Below, in pieces: positions 34,022 to 38,810 of a stretch of DNA of 38,810 nucleotides. Source of the stretch: a virus. Taxonomy: Duplodnaviria > Caudoviricetes. The translations under genes were made by a program, and so were the position numbers. Location of the stretch: positions 1-38,810 of the IMG/VR virus record IMGVR_UViG_3300046719_000006; one strand, written 5' to 3'. Within the stretch, counting starts at the first letter, position 1, and each line of letters begins with the position of its first letter. The notes under the pieces were generated by a model. That model saw only the letters and a list, made by a program, of their open reading frames with translations. It was not told where the DNA came from and searched no databases.

Positions 34022-35269
34022 TTAAGCGTCTTGCGTTTGCTGATCTGATTCTTCAACTTGACTAACCGACGTAACCGCTGGAATGCCTACCCAGTCGATT
34101 CTAGGTAGTCCACATGCGTCAAGTACGCCCGCCGGATCGTAGCCAGACAGCACGCCATTACGCGCCGCTGCCCATTGGCTATTACGTTCCCTATCCGCAT
34201 CTTCGTGATTGACTGGAGTCGGATCATCAAAGTCAAGTTCTAGTGATTTACCATTAGCAAACTGAGGGAGCAAGAAGGTATTGATTACATCCTTCCAATC
34301 CCTAAGCCGCGGAATGGTCTGACCTTCTGCCATGATCTCTTTGCCGGCCGCCGCGTTGGCACGATTGACATCGTCAACTGTTCCTAGCATCGGCTTAGGG
34401 AATGCAAACGCCTCCCGAATGAGTTCACGCGGGAGGTTGCGCAGTTCTACGAATTGCATATCGTTCATGCTAAAATTCGTATCTTGCCACTCTGCATTCT
34501 CTAATACAGCCACGCGGTGAGCGTTAGCTACACCTTGATGCTGCTGCCGCCATCGTGCAACAAATGCATTAAATTCGTTGTCCGACATGCGATAGTCAAC
34601 CTTGATGATGCCGCCTGGCGCTGCACCATTGATGAAGAAATTACGATTCCACTCTGCCGAGTACCTTGCTGCATCGATATCTGCCAATACCGTTTGCACC
34701 GGCCCACGCCCCCGGTAGGGGTCGGCCGGATTCGGGTACTTGATCTGGATTACCTGATCGAGCGTGAGTGGAACCTCTTCCGCACCGTTGGTATAGATCC
34801 AGCCGGTAAGGAATTTGGTTGGGTGCTTAACCGGAACCATACGATCAGGGCGTACTGGCCACATTTCGATGACGATATTACCAACCTTATTCAGGATGAT
34901 CATACCTTCACCAACTAGATCCAAATGCATTTGCACTGTGCGACGTAGCAGGCTACCCGTATAGAATTCATTTGGGCGATCCCACACCGTCATGAATCCG
35001 TGGTTTAGCACTTCCGTCCGGCGCTTCTTATCACGTACTGAAGTACGACGATAGAGGTGCCATTCGGTGGCACTGACTGCCCTGCTGATTTGGTCGATGA
35101 TGGCGAACAGTGTGCCGACTGAACCATGAGCATCAAACGCTTGCTGCGCAATGTCGACATCAGATTCACTGCTGGCGAACAACGAACCTCTGCTGCTGGC
35201 GTATGGCACTGGAGCTAGATTAGCCGCCCTGCGAGCCCCACCCAACACGGTACTTAGTAGATCTTTCAT
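34022..35269 (-). CDS. Portal protein (HK97-type)
   Basis: WPVRPDRM, YRGRGP, FFINGAAPGGII, DMQFVELR, VNRANA. Confidence 0.93.
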   Translation of the reverse strand: MKDLLSTVLGGARRAANLAPVPYASSRGSLFASSESDVDIAQQAFDAHGSVGTLFAIIDQISRAVSATEWHLYRRTSVRDKKRRTEVLNHGFMTVWDRPNEFYTGSLLRRTVQMHLDLVGEGMIILNKVGNIVIEMWPVRPDRMVPVKHPTKFLTGWIYTNGAEEVPLTLDQVIQIKYPNPADPYRGRGPVQTVLADIDAARYSAEWNRNFFINGAAPGGIIKVDYRMSDNEFNAFVARWRQQHQGVANAHRVAVLENAEWQDTNFSMNDMQFVELRNLPRELIREAFAFPKPMLGTVDDVNRANAAAGKEIMAEGQTIPRLRDWKDVINTFLLPQFANGKSLELDFDDPTPVNHEDADRERNSQWAAARNGVLSGYDPAGVLDACGLPRIDWVGIPAVTSVSQVEESDQQTQDA

Positions 35270-35276
35270 TTACCGC

Positions 35277-35588
35277 CTAGCCTCTCCGCATGTCGGGCGC
35301 TCGGCTTACCGCCGCATTGTCGCCACCTCCTGAAGCCATCAGCGTCGAAAGTGCGAAACAGGAAACTCCCGCAACGATCAATCCGGCGATGATATTCCAT
35401 TGAAAACCCGCCATTGTCAACAAACCAAAACCAGCGAGATGCAGCACTACCCTAATGACAGAACTGAGTACCGCATTAACGCGATAGGCTTCCCTAGTGT
35501 TGCTTGCTCGCTTGGCTCTGTTGCTTGTGTAGCTAGCAATCTTCATTAACGCAAACTGGCCTAGGCTAGGCATAGTTTCGGTAGTCAT
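35277..35588 (-). CDS. Small membrane protein between terminase and portal
   Basis: 2 TM segments, GLIVAGV. Confidence 0.7.
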   Translation of the reverse strand: MTTETMPSLGQFALMKIASYTSNRAKRASNTREAYRVNAVLSSVIRVVLHLAGFGLLTMAGFQWNIIAGLIVAGVSCFALSTLMASGGGDNAAVSRAPDMRRG

Positions 35589-35611
35589 TGCCTCATCCTC
35601 TCAAGATCAAG

Positions 35612-37024
35612 TTATGCGTCGACCATGGTAACACGAGCCTTACCCTTGTAATCCAGATGCATCGTCATGTATCGATCTGTGTCCATTCCATCGTCATCAA
35701 TCTTCACAGGCTCATCCTGTACATGCCCATCAGTGGAAACCTTCCACACATACGATGCGTATTCCTCTTCTGTGCATGTGGGTAGTAAGTGTTCCACTGA
35801 ATACGGGTCACGCTCTACTAGCGCATCTTCCATTAGGTAGAACCGCGCTAGGCCATCAGCGTCTGTCTTCAACCTAGCCTTGTGCAGGTCGATACCGTCA
35901 CTTACAAACTTGATTGCCTGCTGCGTACCTAGCCCCGTGTGCTTCTCAAATGTCTTTCGCCCCTCTGCATCCCAATCGCAAATGATGGCATCAGGTTTAG
36001 GCTCGATCCACTCAACATCCACCCGAGTACGCGTGACCTTATTGAAATGGTCATACCATTCCGTAGTAACTTCCTTGGTCACTAGGCTCATGATCTGGCT
36101 TGCGTGCTCTTCCACGAGGCGTTGCGTGTAGTGGATCTCTCGATACATATACAGAACGTCTTCCTCGGTGTCGTGCGCATAGCATTTCAATACAAACGGG
36201 TGACGGTAACCGAAGTCTATTGCCCAATACCTAGGCCACTCGGCGGGTAGAGGCAAGCGGTTCCCATCAGCATCAAGGTCCCATGGCAGCACGTGCACTG
36301 CGGGATCAAACTCTTCGAATACGATTCCCTCAGCCGATACCCATAGGCCCAATCTGAGCCTCTTGTATCTGACTCCCGTGAGGTTGTCGAGAATCTTGAT
36401 ATACGCCGCGCCTCGTTCTGTAACTTCTCCCTGATCATTGAATAGTCGGGGGTTGTCTTCGTGACGAGATTCAATGAGCGTGCAGATTCCATCGTTACAC
36501 CTCAGCTTGAGCCAATGCTTATTGCCGGCAGGGTTGCAGTCCATAATCAATTGCTGGAATGACGTACGCCAGTTACGTAGTCGCGTCTTAATGAATTCAA
36601 GATCGGTAACGCTAATCTCCGTAGCTTCCTGCACATACACCACATCGTATTCGGACGACATGATTCGTGTCGGCTGATCCAGTCCACCAATAGTAACTGT
36701 GCTGCCATTCTTGAATCTGTATTGCGGCGCCTCCTGCTGACTACCGCCATAGTAAACAACGTCACCAGTAGCTAGTGCTTCCTTGATTACAAAGTTCCGC
36801 CAGGTGACCAGGGCAGTAGAGCCTAGGGATCGCTGCGTCTTACGCAAGATGAGCGCACGCGTATTTTTAGTGAGTAGGCACATAGCGAATACCTTTTCGA
36901 GGCAGGCTCGACTCTTGCCTGTACCCGCAGGGCCACTGATCAGTACTTCCTCGCCACGGTAATCGAATACTTCCTTACAGCCACCACGTGGTGAGTACTC
37001 GTGCTCTAACACGGTGCCGTTCAT
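35612..37024 (-). CDS. Terminase large subunit
   Basis: SGPAGTGKS, YVQEATE, DCNP, DNP, AIDFGYRHP, DDGMDTDRY. Confidence 0.95.
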   Translation of the reverse strand: MNGTVLEHEYSPRGGCKEVFDYRGEEVLISGPAGTGKSRACLEKVFAMCLLTKNTRALILRKTQRSLGSTALVTWRNFVIKEALATGDVVYYGGSQQEAPQYRFKNGSTVTIGGLDQPTRIMSSEYDVVYVQEATEISVTDLEFIKTRLRNWRTSFQQLIMDCNPAGNKHWLKLRCNDGICTLIESRHEDNPRLFNDQGEVTERGAAYIKILDNLTGVRYKRLRLGLWVSAEGIVFEEFDPAVHVLPWDLDADGNRLPLPAEWPRYWAIDFGYRHPFVLKCYAHDTEEDVLYMYREIHYTQRLVEEHASQIMSLVTKEVTTEWYDHFNKVTRTRVDVEWIEPKPDAIICDWDAEGRKTFEKHTGLGTQQAIKFVSDGIDLHKARLKTDADGLARFYLMEDALVERDPYSVEHLLPTCTEEEYASYVWKVSTDGHVQDEPVKIDDDGMDTDRYMTMHLDYKGKARVTMVDA

Positions 37025-37182
37025 CGGATCGACTCATTCCATAGATAGTTCTTCCCACAAGGGCAGCAGTAGCCATCCTTACGGAAGTCTTCACATAGAA
37101 AATGCAATCCGATCCAGCACCATCCACGCCAACCGAACCACCTGAAATAGAGGCGCCCATTCCGCCATCTGAATTTGATCAT
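37021..37182 (-). CDS. Small Trp/Arg/Cys-rich protein (53 aa)
   Basis: Manual translation MIKFRWRNGRLYFRWFGWRGWCWIGLHFLCEDFRKDGYCCPCGKNYLWNESIR; ATGA overlaps at both ends. Confidence 0.7.
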   Translation of the reverse strand: MIKFRWRNGRLYFRWFGWRGWCWIGLHFLCEDFRKDGYCCPCGKNYLWNESIR

Positions 37183-37694
37183 CGCAGGTTCTCCATGTCC
37201 ACTCCAGCAATGTTCACGCTGAGCGTGTCGCCATCTGCATTCTCTCCAGACCCCCGGTGCAATAGCTGCCCCAATTCATTAGCCGCAAGCATGAGGTATG
37301 AGCGGAATTCCCTTACCGCCATGGCCATGTCAGCCCCTGAATGGAACGTGCCATTTTGAATTCCTTCGTAGGTCGCATCGGCAATGGTCTGTAGCCGCGT
37401 GAGGCGCTCAACCTTTTTGGTAATCCACAAGCTGTCTAGGTCGGCGGGGCTTACGGTTGCTGCATCTTCAGGTACTGTCTGCCGCCGTGCCTCAGCCTCA
37501 ATAGCTGCATGGTTCTCTTGCACAAACGTCTTCAGGAATGCGGGCGTGGTGCCATACCAGTCTGCAATCTGAGCCGCTGTACCCTCGCGTGTGGCTATTA
37601 CATGAATGAGTGCCCTGCGCACATCCGGTGTCATTCTCTCCATAGCCGGGCAGATTAGCATGCCGATACGTCCGACGTTTTTGAAACGTATCAA
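37179..37694 (-). CDS. Probable terminase small subunit (start probably 37643 or 37634)
   Basis: HTH-like TAAQIADWYG, AANELGQL; upstream of TerL. Confidence 0.65.
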   Translation of the reverse strand: MIRFKNVGRIGMLICPAMERMTPDVRRALIHVIATREGTAAQIADWYGTTPAFLKTFVQENHAAIEAEARRQTVPEDAATVSPADLDSLWITKKVERLTRLQTIADATYEGIQNGTFHSGADMAMAVREFRSYLMLAANELGQLLHRGSGENADGDTLSVNIAGVDMENLR

Positions 37695-37704
37695 AAAGAG
37701 GGCA

Positions 37705-37735
37705 TAGAGAAAGCCCCCGTAGGGGCTGCTCTCTA
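37705..37735 (-). terminator. Terminator-like hairpin after 37741..38223
   Basis: AGCCCC/GGGGCT core extended by TAGAGA/TCTCTA; T-rich run follows on the minus strand. Confidence 0.6.
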
Positions 37736-37740
37736 GCTAG

Positions 37741-38223
37741 CTATCGGATCATCTGCTCTGCTGCCTTGACTACCCGCTTGGCCTGGGCTGCGTTCCGCTT
37801 ACGGGTGGCTGCTGCCTTCTGAGCTGCTGCCTGCCGCTTGGTCGTGGCGTCCGCCTTGGTGTCCACCTGCACCGACTCGATCCGGTCGCTGAGCCACTCT
37901 GCCAGCAGGAACAGTGCCACGATAGCTACCCCGTATACCGCCCCGCCTACGTTCTCCGCGGCGAACACGTTACCTGCAAGGCTAAGCACTCCCGCCCCTA
38001 GCTGCACTCGGTAGCCAATCTCCCGTGTTGACTTGCTGAACTCCGTACCCCGCATGATCAGACCCACGATTGCGATTCCGTCGATCATGAACGGAACGCT
38101 GTATGCCTCGTACCCGGTAAGCCCGCCCTTCCTAGCGGCAGCAACTAGGTGGATAAAGCTAATGGCGATTGCTCCGAAGAAGTAGACCTTTGCAATTCCC
38201 TTGACTGCGCTAACCTTGTTCAT
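37741..38223 (-). CDS. Four-TM membrane protein (DUF2637-like) with basic tail
   Basis: AISFIH, PFMIDG, LSLAGNV pattern. Confidence 0.65.
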   Translation of the reverse strand: MNKVSAVKGIAKVYFFGAIAISFIHLVAAARKGGLTGYEAYSVPFMIDGIAIVGLIMRGTEFSKSTREIGYRVQLGAGVLSLAGNVFAAENVGGAVYGVAIVALFLLAEWLSDRIESVQVDTKADATTKRQAAAQKAAATRKRNAAQAKRVVKAAEQMIR

Positions 38224-38408
38224 TTCCGTCTCCCTCTCTCGTTTGCTTATATCAATAGCTTAATGGGCTGGAAGCCATTCCGCAATAGTATTCCCCATGA
38301 TTGTTTGAATTGATTTGGGGAATGGTTTTCACCATATGAATTTGGGGAATAGCATTCCTAGGTAATGTGTGTTAGGCTTGGTACATAAGCAAGAGAGAGG
38401 GAAGCAGA
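38224..38408. promoter_or_regulatory. Divergent promoter pair with mirrored leaders
   Basis: Left: TTGCGG-17-TAAGCT-N6-ATAAGCAAACGAGAGAGGGA. Right: TAGGCT-N6-ATAAGCAAGAGAGAGGGA. TGGGGAAT repeats lie between them. Confidence 0.7.
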
Positions 38409-38584
38409 TGCAGCAGCTATACACAGTCCTAGCGACAATCGAAACCACAGAGGGATCTACAGCCTTCCCAGCAGTAAAGGGAGTTACTGAGGCAGAGGTC
38501 GCACAGATGCACCACGAGATGATGGATTACCTCAGGGCCACCCCCGGTAACACCCTTACGTGGAAGGTAGTGGCGGACCGATGA
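38409..38584 (+). CDS. Hypothetical protein (58 aa)
   Basis: ATG 38408/38409 region after the GAGAGGGA RBS (MQQLYTV...), within ORF 38369..38584. Confidence 0.65.
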
Positions 38585-38718
38585 GCGAGACTGAGAAGCG
38601 CGTAGCACAGGCTGTAAAAGCCGCTGCCGAGATTAAAGCCCTAGGGGAGTGGGCAGGAGTGGCTACGGAGTTTATGGTCGCTGTGAGGCAGGCTGAGGCA
38701 GCAGCTACCCAGCGCTGA
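38581..38718 (+). CDS. Small Ala-rich helical protein (45 aa)
   Basis: ATGA overlap; MSETEKRVAQAVKAAAEIK... Confidence 0.65.
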   Translation: MSETEKRVAQAVKAAAEIKALGEWAGVATEFMVAVRQAEAAATQR

Positions 38719-38726
38719 ATAAGATA

Positions 38727-38752
38727 GCCCCTGAGCGATCGGGGGTTTTCTT
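38727..38752 (+). terminator. Rho-independent terminator
   Basis: GCCCCTGA/TCGGGGGT stem plus TTTTCTT. Confidence 0.75.
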
Positions 38753-38759
38753 ATGCGTG

Positions 38760-38800
38760 TTAACAATTAGGTTACTTAACAATTAGCTAACCTAATTAGG
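38760..38800. repeat. AT-rich tandem and palindromic repeats (TAACAATTAG)
   Basis: TTAACAATTAG at 38760 and 38776, variant CTAACCTAATTAG at 38787; palindromes TTAGCTAA and CCTAATTAGG. Confidence 0.7.
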
Positions 38801-38810
38801 TACCCTGCCA

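Noticed and set aside
36975-37160. 61-aa ORF in the track
   Set aside because: The alternative frame 37021..37182 has ATGA coupling at both ends and fits better.
3219-37572. Numerous plus-strand ORFs
   Set aside because: Antisense shadows of well-supported minus-strand genes.
1-38810. Stop-codon reassignment or amber suppressor tRNA
   Set aside because: Core genes are intact in the standard code and several end in TAG; the tRNA anticodon is TAG (Leu), not CTA.

Overview
A 38.8 kb, near-complete genome segment of an actinobacteriophage-like siphovirus, read almost entirely on the minus strand. In transcription order (right to left): a divergent promoter pair with small genes; terminase, portal, ClpP-type protease and HK97 capsid; neck and tail genes with a -1 frameshifting tail chaperone; endolysin and holin; a ~2 kb mostly non-coding island; SNF2 helicase; a PD-(D/E)xK/Sak4/SSB recombination module; NlpC/P60; family-4 UDG; DNA polymerase A; RuvC-like resolvase; and a Prim-Pol/SF3 helicase that runs off the left edge and is missing from the ORF track. 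No integrase, clear repressor or CRISPR array was seen. Most unusual: (1) a compact ncRNA cassette at 17684-18385 with one real tRNA-Leu(UAG), three tRNA-like RNAs that keep the acceptor stem and T-arm but have rebuilt D/anticodon regions, and an H-type pseudoknot; (2) a second structured non-coding block at 19083-19603 with a duplicated 21-nt motif; (3) a PolA split into two genes with three small coupled ORFs between them and atypical O-helix residues; (4) two perfect CRP-type palindromes. All structures and family calls were made by eye, with no database searches or folding software.
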